From Vicugna vicugna (lineage: Eukaryota), in the NCBI GenBank assembly GCA_013265495.1, contig MU057930.1, positions 1,132,057-1,196,056 on the forward strand: 64,000 bases of DNA, given 5' to 3'. The notes below the pieces were generated by a model. That model did not search any database. It was not told where the DNA came from and saw nothing but the letters and a program-made list of their open reading frames with translations. Each line of letters begins with the position of its first letter. Positions within the stretch are counted from its first letter, which is position 1. The translations under genes were made by a program, and so were the position numbers. Positions 12,060 to 25,762 of this stretch are shown here, piece by piece.

Positions 12060-13960
12060 TCATTCAAGTGGAATCCTCCTTTTCTTCCCAGCTTCCTTCA
12101 CTGACCTTGATGTTTCTGAGAGTCATTCGTGATGTACATCTTGGCAGTCTCTTTGTTTTCATTGGCGAGTGGTGACCCACTTCTTGGAAACACAACCATC
12201 CGTTCACCAGTGGCCAGACATGTTGGTTTGCTTCTCATTTTTGGTTATTATGAGTTAAAAAGACATAGACAGTGGCATACTGGTCACTTGAGTAGAAGGA
12301 TTTTTGTCCCCAGGAGATGCAGGGCAGGGTGATTCGTCAAATGTATATTTAATTTTATATTTAAAAAAATTCCAAAGTGGCTTTCTTATATTTCATTTCT
12401 ACCCACATGTTGATTCTGCAGGTGACCCACATGATCACCAACACTTGGTTATCATCAGCCCTTTTAATTTCAGCTCCCCTGGTCTGCATGTCCCAGTAAA
12501 TTGCAGTTTTAGTTGGCTTCCCTAACCTCTAATGACATTGATCCTACTTCATGGGTTTATTGGTTATTTGCATAACCAATGAAATGTCTGTTTTGATTGC
12601 TTGGCCATTTTTTTTTTAATTTTTTGGGCGGGTAGATAATTATGCTTTTGTAGTTTTTTTTTTTTTTTCTTTTTTAAGAGGAGGTACTGGGGATTGAACC
12701 CAGGACCTCATGCACGCTATGCACACGCTCCACCACCGAGCTATACCCTCCCCGCTGCTTGCCCATTACAATCATTTTAATTGTGTTGATTTTCTTCTTG
12801 TGGTTCACTTGTAAGAGGTCTTTATATATTTTGGTGAAAAAAAAAAGCTCTTTATTTTGTAAGTCCTTCCTCCTAACTTGTGGATTAACATCACATTAAG
12901 TCTGTAAAAATATGGACTTTTTAAATATTTAATGAAATGCAACTTGTATTTTTCCTTCCAGGTCCATGTGTTTTGCGTCCTGCCCGGGAGTTTCTTTTGT
13001 AACGGAAGGTTGCCGATTGTGACTTCTTACAGGAAAGTTATATTTGTATCTCTTATAATGGAGAGGTTTGTCAACTGCTTTTTCTGGTGGTGTTGTTTCA
13101 GTTAGACTTAGCAAATGATTCTTATTCTTAATGTTTGCACTTTCATTTCTGTTCTGTTAAGACGTTGACTTACCCTGATGGGTTACTGAGCGTTAAGCCA
13201 AACATGCATTCCCATGATTCAACCCCACGTGGCCGAGATACAGGATCATTTTCACACGTGGCTGGATTCTATTCACCAATGTTGTGTGAAGGGCTTTTGC
13301 ACGTGGGTTCCCTAAGGACGGTCACAGGTAGCTTCTCTTTACTGAGTGTCCCTTTTATGTTGTGATACTACAAGCCTCCTCAAATGAGTTGCTAGGTCTT
13401 TTGTTCTATTTCACATAAGATTTTGTAGGTATTTGGTATTTTATTCCACTAATGTTCTTCCTATGTTTCACCTGATAAGCCATTCCTTAAGTTTTCTTTG
13501 GAAACCCATTTTTGATTGCAAATTATATTTGTTAAATATACACGGGGTTATGGAAGTTGTTTTTCTTCTTCTTGTGTGAGTTTTAGTAATTTACGTCTTG
13601 TATATAATTTGCTCTCTTCCTCCAGGTTATCAGATGTGTTAAGTTGTTCAGAATATTCACTACGTATTAGGTCAGTATTTAGGAAGACCTTAGCAATGCC
13701 CCTATTTTAACCATTTCTGTCTTTTCTCTCTTTTTTTTTTTAATCTTCATCACAAGCCTAGAACTTTTTCAACTTTATTCAGCTTTCCAAAGGGCCAGCT
13801 TTTGATTTAATTGGTTTTATCTACTGTCTGGCAGTTTTGTCTCTCACTGATCTTTTGCTCTGCTCTTTCGTATTTCTCTCCTCCCACTTATTTCGGATTT
13901 AATCTGCTCTGATTTTTCCAGCTTTAAAGCAGAAGCTGAGAAATTTTCCTCTCTTCAAAT
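12060..13960 (-). mobile_element. Old degenerate L1 (ORF2/3' region), antisense, interrupted by a SINE
   Basis: T-rich antisense L1 motifs (catcaccaacacttggttatcatcagccc, ttaagccaaacatgcattcccatgattcaaccccacgtggcc, ccagcttttgattta...atttaatctgctct). Confidence 0.6.
12610..12753 (-). mobile_element. tRNA-Ala-derived SINE (camelid vic-1-like)
   Basis: Reverse complement of GGGGAGGGTATAGCTCGGTGG...GGTCCTGGGTTCAATCCCCAGTACCTCC plus A-rich tail. TSD tgcttggccatt (12598-12609)/tgcttgcccatt (12756-12767). Confidence 0.93.
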
Positions 13961-16167
13961 GCAAGCATCTCGAGACCAATTTTTCCATTTCTTCTCCCAC
14001 AAACCCCCAAACTGTCATGTGTTCTGTTACCACTTTCAGATCGAAATAGATCTTGCATTACAAATTCCACCCAACTGCACTCATTTTTAGGAGGAAAAGA
14101 ACAAAAGGAAAGAGAAAGTGCCTCATAAATTAACAGAAGGATAAAATCTACAAGGGGGAAAAAAAATAACGCAACACGTTGGTTATTTTCTGCACACCAT
14201 TAGCTGCAAGCCTAGTGGAGGGAAACAGGGAGCAGTGACACGTTTGCAAGTCTCCGAACCGGCAGACAGGTGCGGGTGACACACTTAGGGGCCCATCCCT
14301 TAGCCAGCCCCACCACGTGTCTAGCAACCCCTCCGAATCCCATATTTTTGGCTGGCGTCTTAATTGCTGACCCATCATACAACAGAGAGAAATTGCAGGT
14401 TGGCTTTTCCAGGCTTAAACCGGGCTTGAGGTTTGCCACACGCAAAAGAGATCATTCTGCACTGGGGTCCTTTCTGTTTCGTGGACTCCCTGCAGGCGAG
14501 TGCAGATTCAGTCACCGGAAGAAGGATGGAGGTGACGACACCGTCCTGCCGCTGCACGGTGTTATGCAAACACATTACACGGACCGGGGACCCGTCCGAG
14601 GTTCCTCAAACTGTCCCGTCCGCTCGTTTGGAATGTCCTGGGTAGAAGATGGATGTGTGGGTCTGCCCGGGCAGTGCTTTCTGCAGGGGCTTCAGGCCAC
14701 GCTTTTAATCTTCATTTATCCCTAAGGAAGTTTTTTTCTGTTGTTGTTGTTTTTAATTGGAACCTGAACTTTCCATCGAAGCACAGACTGATTTTCAACT
14801 GTAGTTCAGTGAAAATTTTTCCTGGATCTTTGTATCCAGTTAATGTGTTTTGTTTTGTTTTGTTTTGTTTTGTTTTAATAGGGCAACAAAAAAGATACCC
14901 TGTATTGAATTTGTAGACATTTACATAAACGTACCAATCTACAAACAACTCAGTCGTGGCATCCTTCTGGCGCTGCAGGAATGACACGTCCCACACAGAC
15001 GTCTGAAGGCCTTGTGTTAGAAAAGATATCAAAGTGACTGTGGTCATAAATACCACCTATGTGCCACAGGCTTCGTTTTCAAATTGTTTTTAAAGGCCTG
15101 GGTCATTTTTTTTAACATGCTGCCCTTCGTATAATTAAGCAGATTTCTAACCTGACGGGGCTCTGGCTGCCATTGGTAATTGGAACAGATGAAAAACACC
15201 AACTAAATCTCCACATCCGAATACATTTCGGTCCTATTTTCAGACGCCCTCCTACTGTCTGTCAGGCGCAGTATAAAATGATTGCTTTAAAGAATCGCTC
15301 ACTTAATAACAAGAAATAATGCCATTCAAAGTGTAGGTGTGGAAATGATGTTTCCGTGTCTTGAAATACAAAACACTGCACGCAAAACTCGGGAGAGAGT
15401 GACTAGGAATTCCAGCCCTAGGGATCCACCCCCTCACAGAATTGCAAACAAGGGTTTAAACAAATCCGTGTACACCGGGGATCGCAGAATTAGTATTCGT
15501 GACACTGAAAGGTGGAAGCAGTGCTAATCTGCATCAACAGACGAATGGATAAACACAACCTGGTCCCTCCGTTCCACGGCACATGGTTCACGCACAGAAA
15601 GGAACCGAGATCTGATACACAATAAGACGTGGGTGAACTTGGAAGACACCCGCTGAGTTAATTAAACCAGACACACAAGACTGCATCCCGAATGATTCCA
15701 TTCACATGCAATGTCATAATAGGGAAATCCAGAGAGATAAACATGGATTTGTGGTTGCCAGGGGCTGGGGGGAGATGGTACTCCGGGGGCGGTGCGTCAA
15801 GCCCATGGGTTTTCCATCTGGAAAAGAACTACAATTAGAGAGCAGTGCTGACTGAGCAGCACGTGAATATACGTACAGACACTGAATGAATAAAAGGTGT
15901 GTTATGTATATAGAGCGGAATATTACTCAGCCATAAAAAGGAAATACAGCCCCTCCTGACCACAGGGACGGAGCTTGAGGACATGATGCTTAGTGAGAGA
16001 AGCCAGATGCAGGAGGACAAATACTGTAGGATCTCACTTATGTGTTGAATCTAAAAAAGCCAAATCAGAGAGCAGGATGGTGGTTCCCCAGGACTAGGTG
16101 GGTGGGGGATATAGGGAGACACTGTTTAATGGTGTGAGCAGGAATTGGAAGATGAGTAAGGTCTGTT

Positions 16168-16330
16168 AAGTTTCTGCTGTTGATACAGGGAACTATGTTC
16201 AATATCTTGTAATAACCTTTATTGAAAAAGAACATGAAAATGAATATATGTCTGTATGTGCATGACGGGGGCATGGTGCTGTGCACCAGAAACGGACACA
16301 TTGTAACTGACTGCACTGCAATTTTAAAAA
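16168..16330 (+). mobile_element. Camelid-type L1 extreme 3' fragment
   Basis: cagggaactatgttcaatatcttgtaataacc...gctgtgcaccagaaacggacacattgtaactgactgcac; same 3' UTR type as 24956-25112. Confidence 0.8.
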
Positions 16331-16360
16331 TTAAAAATTACTAAAAATTAGTTCTGGGGA

Positions 16361-16506
16361 GGGGAGGGTATAGCTCAGTGGTACAGTGCGTGCCTAACAT
16401 GCACAAGGTACTGGGTTTGATATCCAGTACCTCCATTAAATAAATAAATAAATAAATAAACCTAATTAACTCCCCCACCCCAAAAATTTTTTTTAAATAA
16501 ATAAAT
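16361..16506 (+). mobile_element. tRNA-Ala-derived SINE (vic-1-like)
   Basis: GGGGAGGGTATAGCTCAGTGG head, (TAAA)n-CCTAATT-C-run-A tail. 18-bp TSD aaaaatwagttctgggga (16343-16360/16507-16524). Confidence 0.95.
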
Positions 16507-16868
16507 AAAAATAAGTTCTGGGGATTGAACGCAGCACTTAGAGCTTACAGTCAACAATACTGTATTACCTACTTAAAAATTGCTAAGAGACTTGATCTGT
16601 AACATTCGCACAAAAAAAAATGAAATGATAATGATGTGATGGGACGGAGTTGGTAGCTAAAGCTATGGTGATAATTGTAGTGCAATATACAAATGTGTCA
16701 AATCAACGCACTGTACACCTTAAATGTGCACAATGTGATACATAAATTACGTCTCAATAAAAATAAATCAAAGGTTAAAAACTGGATACTTTTAAATGGT
16801 TAAAATTTGAAATTATAGGTTATGTGTTTTTTGCCACAATAAATACTTGGAAAGATAAAAATATATGC

Positions 16869-17620
16869 AAGGAACCCTCCTACACTGTTAGTGAGAATGT
16901 AATTTGGTGCAGCCACTATGGAGAACAGTATGGAGATTCCTTTAAAAACTAAAAATGAACTTATCCTATGACCCAGGAATCCCATTCATGGGCATATATC
17001 TGGAAAAAACCTTTAATTCAAAAAGAGACCTGCACCCCAATGTTCACAGCAGCACTATTTACAATAGCCAAGACATGGAAGCAACCTAAATGTCCATCCA
17101 CAGATGACTGGATAACGAAGATGTGGTATATTTATACAAAGGAATACTACTCAGCCATAAAAAAGAATGAAATAATGCCATTGGCAGCAACATGGATGGA
17201 CCTGGAGAACATCATTCTAAGTGAAGTAAGCCAGACAGAAAAAGACAAATACCATATGATATCACTTATATGTGGAATCTAAAGGGGAAAAAATGATACA
17301 AATGAACTTACTTACAAACTGAGAACAGAGTCACAGACGTAGAAAATGAACTTATGGTCACCAAAGGGCAAAGGACGGGGGTATAAATTGGGCATTTAGA
17401 GTTAGCAGATACAGAATACTATATATATAAAATAAACAGCAAGGTTGTACTGTAGAGCACGGGGAAGTGCATTCGATACCGTGTAATAACATAATGAAAA
17501 GAATCAGAAAAATTTTATATATATAATATATATATATATACAGACACATATAAATAAACTGAATCACTTTGCTGTACACCTGAAACTAACACAACATTGT
17601 AAATTAACTCTACTTCAATA
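16869..17620 (+). mobile_element. 5'-truncated L1 (ORF2 C-terminus + 3' UTR)
   Basis: ORF 16968-17282 gives TCTPMFTAALFTIAKTWKQPKCPSTDDWITKMWYIYT..., the L1 ORF2 C-terminus. Followed by (CA)n at 17624-17649. Confidence 0.95.
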
Positions 17621-17654
17621 GTATACACACACACACACACACACACACATTGCA

Positions 17655-17735
17655 GAGAAGAGAGTTCTGAGGCACAAAGGTACGTAATTTATCTGAATCT
17701 ACACAGTAAAGTGTCAGCACGGCTGAATCTGAACA
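17655..17735 (-). mobile_element. MIR fragment
   Basis: ctgaggcacaaaggtacgtaatttatctgaatctacacagtaaagtgtcagcacggctgaatctgaac. Confidence 0.45.
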
Positions 17736-19303
17736 TATTTTGCCCCGGCACAAATACACGTGACAGTTCACAATGCAGGCAGAGAAATAAAGACAGTAAG
17801 ACTTTCTTTCTTAAACTGTCTTTAGTACTGGCATGGAGGGCAATAAATATTCCTCGGGGGTGGGGAAGGAAATGTCCTATAAGAAAAAGATAAAGAGGTT
17901 GGCTTGAAAAATATTCCTGCGTATTTGAGAAGAAGAAGATTCACGTGGTGGACTGGAACGGTCATAGAATTTTAAAGCAGAAAATGTGAGTTCTAACGAG
18001 GTGTCTGGTGGTTCGTTTCTGTCTCCCGATCCCCACTGTCTTTGCCTATCAACGAGGGCTGATTTAACGCCACAGGTGAAAGGACCCACACGTTGCCCGT
18101 GTACTTAGCGTTGGACCTTTTCGTAACAGACTGTGGCCAACATTTCTTTCAAAGCTGCAGGAAACTGCTTTAACCCTGAGACCATAATGTGCTGGAATGT
18201 TACGTGAAACCTGTTAAGGAATTTCAGAAGGCAATCAAATAGTACTTCTATCACTTGACTCAGGATAAGGTAAGTAATGGCGGGCTTTTCTTAACCTTAA
18301 ATGAGTGCAGATGCATCATCTTTTCTATAACAGTTTTACCCTTTTAGCCACATTTCAGTAAAAAGGTTATAACGTTCTGGTTTGCCTCCCTCAAGGCATT
18401 GAATCCCCTGCCCCTGGAGATGCACAGGCATTGATGGGCTGGACAATGATTTGGTGGAATGTTAGGGAAATGGCTGAATTAGGAGGTAGACGCTTAGATT
18501 ATTAGGAGGCAGTTTAGATTAGGCATTTAGATCAGACTATTATTCACTGTCCTTCCAAACCCAGAAATAATCTGATTTTCTACGTGTCCACACTCTTATT
18601 GAAATAGGTTACAGATATGGTTCAGTAGTTGAATGAAACTGTCTTTCCAAACTATGTAAGGAAATCTCTTGAGAATTGACAGCATCATCATCATCATCAT
18701 CATCATCATAATATGAAAAAATTGGGAGAAAGATATGGAGATGTGTAAATAGATGAATTATTCATCCCTTTAATTAGGAACTTGAAAGTAAATGGAAGAC
18801 ATTCCTTGTGGTTCCCAAGAGTATAGTGAATTGTAATCTTTAAGAAAGAGAAAATGCTTGCTTTCTCCTAACTGCGTTTTGTTTCCCTGAAGTTTTTTAA
18901 TGATTTATTTTATATATCAGATATCCTAGTGTCTTGGTTTTGATTTGCCCTCCAACACCCAGGCTTCCTTGAAAGCACATGACGATTGTCCGTCAGCAAC
19001 AGTGTCACCTCAGTCTTATCAGCACATTCAAAGGACAGTCCCTAGGTCTAATCTTTCCAAACCCATCCAAAAGTATGTACTTCTCAAGAATGGGAATAAA
19101 AAGTTCCAGCCACTCAACTCAGAGCTGCTGATGTGCAAAATATGTTTACTACAGAAAAGCAAAAGACAGTCCCTGAAATTGTATTGATCTTGCTATGCTA
19201 ACTTCTAGTTCAGCCACGGTCTTTCACATCATTTGTGTAAGGGAGATGTCCACACAGCATAAAAATTTTTTTTTCCACTCTAGCCTGTTAAAAACGGTTC
19301 ATA

Positions 19304-20087
19304 GTGGAGGAAAGGGAACCCTCCTACACTGCTGGTGGGAATGCAGTCCGGTGCAGCCACTGTGGAAAACAGTATGGAGATTCCTCAAAAGACTAGGAAT
19401 AGACTCACCATATGACCCAGAAATCCCACTCCTGAACATATGTCCAGAAGGAACCCTACTTCAAAATGACACCTGCACCCCAGTGTTTATAGCAGCACTA
19501 TTTACCATAGCCAAGGCATGGATACAGCCTAAATGTCCATTCACAGAGGACTAGATGAAGAAGATGTGGTATATTTATACAATGGAATACTACTCAGCCA
19601 TGAAAAAGAATGAAATGATGCCAGTTACAGCAACATGGATGGACCTACAGATTGTCATTCTAAGTGAAGTCAGCCGGAAAAAGAAAGAAAAATACCATAT
19701 GAGATCACTTATATGTGGAATCTAAAAAAAAAAAAAGAAGACTCTAATCAAATCTACAAGAGAAACAGACTCACAGACATAGTAAACAATCTTATGGTTA
19801 CCGGTGGGGAGAGGGGTGGGAGGGGATCAACTGGGAGTTCCAGATTAGCAGATACACACTACTATATATAAACTAGATAAACAACAATTTTGTACTGTAC
19901 AGCACGGGGAACCATGGTCAATATCTTGCAGTAACCACCTAAAATGAAAAAAGCGTGAAAAGGAATATATGGATGTATGTGTATGACTGGCGCATTATGC
20001 TGGACGCCAGAAACTGGTACAACACAGGAAACTGACTCTCCTTCAATCAGTCAGTCAATCAATCACCAATCAATCAGTCAATCAAAT
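19304..20087 (+). mobile_element. 5'-truncated L1 whose tail is a (CAAT)n microsatellite
   Basis: [29 protein letters not shown]... (L1 ORF2 cysteine-rich end), 3' UTR, then caatcagtcagtcaatcaatc... Confidence 0.95.
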
Positions 20088-21499
20088 ACTTCAATCAAGA
20101 GGAGCCCATCTATTTTAAAACTCCGCATCCCATGCCCTCTAGTCAGGTCCTGGGTGTTCTGAACTATATCCGAGCGGGTGTGAGCGTTACCCTCTGATGC
20201 TACGCTGAAAACCTGGGACGCTGCATTCATTTTCCGGCACATGCATTGCCAGGGATTGCAAGCCACCCACCTGGATGGGCCTCCCCCCACACCGCGACCT
20301 GGCACTCCACCCACACAGCTCTGAAATCAAGGGCTTCACCGGGAAGACAAGCCAACCCAGCGAAGCTCTAAAACAAGGTAGCGAAGTCTTGTCTTCATCC
20401 ACGCTAGACCCGCCTTGGCCTGTGGTCAGATGTCCTTGGGTTCAGCGGTCAGGTCCCATCCTCGGCTAAAAGGGGAAACACTACACACATTCACCGCCTT
20501 GACCAAGTGGACCCAGAATGGGGACAATCCCACGGGGCCTGTCTGCAAGCCTGCAAAATGTGGAATTGAGGAATGTTCCAGATCAAAGGTAAGGTTCCCA
20601 AAAGAGGTAGACCTGGGAATGTGGAGAGCTTTATTCTGACTCGTCCCAGACCGAAACCGCCTCCTGACCACTTCTGATGGGATGACAGCACATGCAGATG
20701 CCTAACACTGACACCAGCTCCCACTCCATCCCGTTTTAAGGACTTCGCGGCGTCAGTAACGGTGTAATGATCTTTTCCAAGTCAGCTGTTGGCAGAACTG
20801 CACGGTAGCTTCTCAGACATATCAGGATCAAACTGTCTACAAACGGATATTGACTTAATGCAAATAAAAGTCCTTGCGAAATAAAACCCAGCGGAATTAC
20901 GCATGAATCAGAAATCGGTTCATCAGAGAGAAATACTCAAGTGTGTTTTCTTTTTTTTCTTATACATTTTAATGAGAACTGTTTTATCTCACGGCTTATT
21001 CTCAAGCACGAAAAAAAAAAACCTTCCACGTAAAACTATGGAATAAATAGTGCATTTTAAAATATTCTTAAACTCCACTTTAATTAAACGGGGAATACGG
21101 GTGTTGAATTTTCACGTACTCTGAAACAGTCGGAACACTGTGCTTTGATAACCCACTGGATATATGCGCGTGCCTTCATTAAGCACATTTGCACCGATTT
21201 CCCAATTTTATTTTTAATGTGTCGGTTTTGAGGCGGTAAGCATTTTGTACTGGGAAGATGTATTTAAAGGTTCTTAAGGCTACTCCCAATGCCATGTAAA
21301 AATGGGGAAAAAACACACACACTGAAATTTTCAAGTACCCTAGGAGATCATAAAGTCTAGCTTTCACATTAGAAGATGAAGTTCCCTTTTAATATGTGCT
21401 GTAATCTTTATTCTCTGATTTAGGAGTCCTCATTTGTCCCAATTAACTGGCACCCTGGTGTCTAAATGAAACAAATTTGCTCTGTGTCCAAACGGTTCA

Positions 21500-21689
21500 A
21501 GGAAGACCAGATATACAAATGTCTATGTTTAAAATAAATAAGATACTGCAGTGTACAGCACAGGGAACACAACCAATAATTTATAGTAACTTTAAAAGGA
21601 TTACAACCTATAAAAATATTGAATCCCTCTGTTGCACAGCTGAAACTAACATTAATATCGTAAGTCAACCATACTTTGATTTTAAAAAA
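21500..21689 (+). mobile_element. L1 3' UTR fragment
   Basis: gtgtacagcacagggaac...gaatccctctgttgcacagctgaaactaac...gtaagtcaaccatactttgatttt. Confidence 0.8.
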
Positions 21690-21714
21690 GATTCCGTAAA
21701 TCACAAGTGAGTTT

Positions 21715-22100
21715 TCCAGTCTGAGATGCTATCAGATATCCAATGAGATGGGCATGCTTCACCTTTTGAAAAAGCAATGTGGATTCTGAGGAAGGTCTGG
21801 GTTGAAGACAGAAGTCTGGGAGCAGCCTTTAGGAAAGGTGGTTGAATGCAAGTCATTGGGAGAGCTTATGGGCGGAGGGGAGGGCAAGACAGGGGTCACA
21901 CGAGGGTCCACAGGGAGTTGGCGTTAGCCCCAGAGGTGAGCAAAGCGCAGGCGTGAAAGCAGGGATGCAGGCAGACGGCAGAGACGGAGGTGAGGGGAGG
22001 CTGAGCGTCGCCCGAAATGGCTGTCGACTGGAGAAGTTGGGTGTAGCCATTGCAGCTGCCACGAGAGGACTGGGTGTTGTCCCTGGAGTTGCTACAACCT
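21715..22100 (-). mobile_element. Degenerate L2 fragment(s)
   Basis: gagatgctatcagatatccaatgagatg...gaggaaggtctgggttgaagacagaagtctgggagcagc resembles antisense L2. Confidence 0.45.
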
Positions 22101-24955
22101 TTGCTCTTCGATGTGAAATGGAAGATGCTCCTTGCGAGACACTTACACACGGAGCAGAAGGAGGGAAGAAACCAAGGAAAATGGACTGAAAGAGAAAGAA
22201 CTCAGGGAACAGAAAACCACAGCAACCAAAAGGCAAAGCTCACTTGATCCAACGGATTTTGCTGAGTCATTTGCACTAGAGTTTATCAGTTTTCTTTCCT
22301 TCTTACCCTGAGGTCAAGTGAAAATTCCTCAACGTAGGGAAAGTAAGATGGAGTTCCCACGCTCAGTCTTCGCCAAATGACCCCGTGTGCCGAGCCCGGA
22401 GGTCGGCCCGAAGTGCTGGACTGGGCTACCATGAATTTGGCCCGCCTCCGTTCAGTTAATGGATGAGCCTTTCACATTTTCATCTTTAAATCCATGCAAA
22501 ACATGCAAACCACATCCTACAAAATTACCTGGCAACGATGCTGAGTCAAATAACACAGTTATTATCACACAAGACACACACACTGTGGCCAGAACGTTTG
22601 CAGTAGGGAGCAACTCTATGCATGTGCAGCCAATCAGGCCTGTTGATCCAGGAAATCTCTTGCAGCTAATTTTTCCACTGGGAAACGGAAAACTACATCT
22701 CTTGCTGGATTAAAAGAATCTGTCAGTGCAATGTATGGGAGACTTCGTAATGGAACGCAAAATTTTAAGCTGAAACTCTAATATCCTATGTCAGAAGCAA
22801 AGCTGATTTTACGGACGAATAATGCAACGGGGAGTGTCTTATTTTATGAACTAAGTAAGGTTGGATCCGTTATTTGCAATGATAAATTTAAGTGATTAGA
22901 TTTTGGTGATAAAACCCAGAGACTAAAAATAAATGAACCAATGAATGGATGGTACTTCAATAAAAATATTATTTTTTACGTTAAAAAAAATAAATGAAAT
23001 GATAGAACATAAACGAACGTAAGATGAGAGATGATTTCATCGATGGCTTAAGTTCAGTGTGACCTGAGCAAGCAATTTCGACCCTTTTACTCTGGAAGTG
23101 TTTATCACGAGGTGGGGCTCTGCTGATTCAGTTTAGAGACGAAGACAAAGACAGAAGGATGGTAGAGAACCTTGTCAATTAACCTTACACAGTTTTATTT
23201 GCACTTGAGAGATTTTCTCGTTTCTTTGTGCCACTCAAGAAACACCTGCTTCAAACAGAAGAAACGTATTTATCAAAGTCACGGCAAATCCTTCCGTAAA
23301 ATGTTTGGGTGCCAGGAAGGTGGAAAAGACTCGAAACTTCTCCATTCTCGTTTGGAATCTCGGGGAGAAGGTAGACCACTGGTATTTATTTCGTTCCCTG
23401 ATGTTTTAAGCTTCGAATCATGGGTTTTGGGGACTGGCTTCACCTGGACCTAAAATCTTATCAGTCTATTGATCCCCTGCTTTGTCTGTTTCTGAAAGAT
23501 TCCAGTTTGCATCAAGTTCAGGCGACGTTGAGAAAATTAAAGGCAGTGTATTTGTAAGGCGGCTGACAGGTGGAGAACCCTCCATCTGTATTAAGTACGC
23601 ACCCCTCCTGGACTGTCATCGGATGTTTTCAGCATGAGAGTGAAACCTTCTTTCTAAAACTAACCCAGTGTCCCTCAGAGTCAGGGCTCCGAAAGACAGA
23701 ACCTTATGCAGGAAAATGATCCTTTCCTGCCTTCCTGCTTAACACTGGTCTTCCTCCTAGCCGTCTGATTTATACACTTGACCTTTTTTTTTTTTTTGGT
23801 AAAGGACTATAATTCTATAATATGAATCTATAAACTGTGACATGTCATTCTGATTCCTTAGAGTAAGCGGTCAACACATGCTCTCTGGGTGGAGTGACAC
23901 GTCTCCCTGAGGTCAGAGAATCTGAGGTCAGGCGTTTGATTTGTAGACTAAGTATAAACTTTCAATATCTTAGTTTCCTGCGGGTTATGTTGGTTACCCC
24001 TCCTGGACTAGCTTTATCAAAAATACACCTGATGCCAGAGGTGGTGGGACAGCTGAAGATATAAAACCGTCAGGAAGAAATGTATTCCGAGCCCTTATTC
24101 ATGTTCCAAGCTCTGTGAATGTTCACGGCTGATGCATTTTGAATGCTATGAAATGAAGGCACGAAACTCGGTAGACAAAATTATCTCGTGCCTGAAAGAC
24201 ACACACATAAGACACAGTAGTGCCCCGTGCAAAGTCAGCACTATTGTCAGGAAGCCGACGGTGTCGGCTTGAGAACATCGCCATACTTGTTTCTTTCTTT
24301 CTTTTTTTTTTTTGTATACATATTTTAATTGAAGTGTAGTCAGTTTACAGTGTTGTATACCTGTTCCTAATTGTATCATTCTCTGGATTGGCACTAATCC
24401 ATTGCCCCAACTGGACCAGTAAATTCTGCACCTAGAAAGCTGTCCAGCTTACACTGAATGAAGCTGTCTTCTGTACCTGTGACACTTTTAATCCCACAGA
24501 AGAAAATCTGTAGCTGATTTCTGCTCATAGATACGGGGACGGCTTTGAGTTGGTTCTTACCACGTTGGCTGGATTTAAAAAGAGCAGCATTTTACTGAGA
24601 AACAGAAGTAGTGACCATGCTGCACCACCATGGGCATTTATCCAACGTCAAAGTCGCCGCCTTTATAAACCTACTGGAAACTGAGAAACACGCACACGCG
24701 TGCACACACGCCCTCCTTTCACATCACGTCTGCACATACGTCGCGACGTAGGGTCAGTACACGGGAGTCAGTATTTCCCGTTGCCCTGTGAAAACCCTTC
24801 CCCATCTCGTTAGACTAGAACGTTCGCACGGCCAAGCTCTGGTGTTCCATCAATTATTTGCCTAAAGGGTTTTTGAAATAGAATGAACGTATTTTTTACA
24901 TAGAGTATAACATGTAAAGAAAATCTCTATGATATAAAAGTAGATTTAAAAAAAA

Positions 24956-25112
24956 ACAAATTTCTTCTGTAGAGCACAGGGAAGTATTTCAATATCTTCT
25001 AATAACCTTTAATGAAAAAGAATATGAGAAGAAATATATGCGTGACTGGGACACTGTGCTGCGCACCAGAAATTGACACATTGTAACTGACTGCACTTCA
25101 ATTTAAAAAAAA
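24956..25112 (+). mobile_element. Camelid-type L1 extreme 3' fragment
   Basis: ctgtagagcacagggaagtatttcaatatc...caccagaaattgacacattgtaactgactgcacttcaatttaaaa. Confidence 0.85.
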
Positions 25113-25762
25113 TTTCCCTATGAAATGTTTAATAATGGCTTATATTTAGAAAAAAAATCTTTGTAGAATGGGCTTCAATAGCAAACTCATGAAAAGTCCA
25201 GAATCAAAGCAAGTAGTAAATGAAAAAACAAAACAAAACAAAACGTAGAATGATTGTAAATGGAGGAGTTTGATATTGTGTCATGAAAGCCAGAAGCCTG
25301 ATGGTTTCACTCAAGTACAGAAAAAGCAATTTGTTGGTTAGGAAATTATAGAGCAAACAGGAAGAATGTCTTACAATTCTCAAAGCGAATAAACTGTCTA
25401 CACTCATCATGTCAAATCAACAAGGGTCCACCAGTGCCTCTATTTTTAGGACATGATGAATACCACATTGCATTTTGACGTAGAAGATTGTTCCTCTCTT
25501 TGTTTTTAATGCTCAATATGTTAAAATGATTAAATGATTTTTGTAGAACACATGCATCATGGATCAACAAGTCTTTATGGACACATTTAATGTGTGCAAT
25601 GCATTGGGTTTAATCTGGCAATTAAACAGGCAAGTGTGCCAGTGTAAACGGCTCCATAATCGTGATCAGAGACATATATTCAAAAGGCAAATCCGAAGTA
25701 GCAGTTTTCATGTGTGTTCATGTTGGAAATAGAATGGTTCTCTTGAAGCAGTCTGCTGATAA

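Larger units (their letters stand above)
15884..16768 (+). mobile_element. Intermediate-age L1 3' end (L1MA9-like) hosting an L1 tip and a SINE
   Basis: ggaatattactcagccataaaaagga...aaatactgtaggatctcacttatgtg...aaaattgctaagagacttgatct...aaatcaacgcactgtacaccttaaat...ctcaataaa. Confidence 0.7.
15420..16843 (+). mobile_element. Old L1 (L1MB-like) 3' end split by younger insertions; pieces ~15420-15888 and ~16772-16843
   Basis: catcaacagacgaatggataaac...atgattccattcacatg...gtggttgccaggggctggggg...acactgaat, resuming at tacttttaaatggttaaaatt...ttttgccacaataaa. Confidence 0.6.

Noticed and set aside
16968..17282. Protein-like ORFs here and at 19195, 44378, 44539, 61371, 62491, 63541
   Set aside because: Fragments of L1 ORF1/ORF2 in truncated or decayed elements, not host genes
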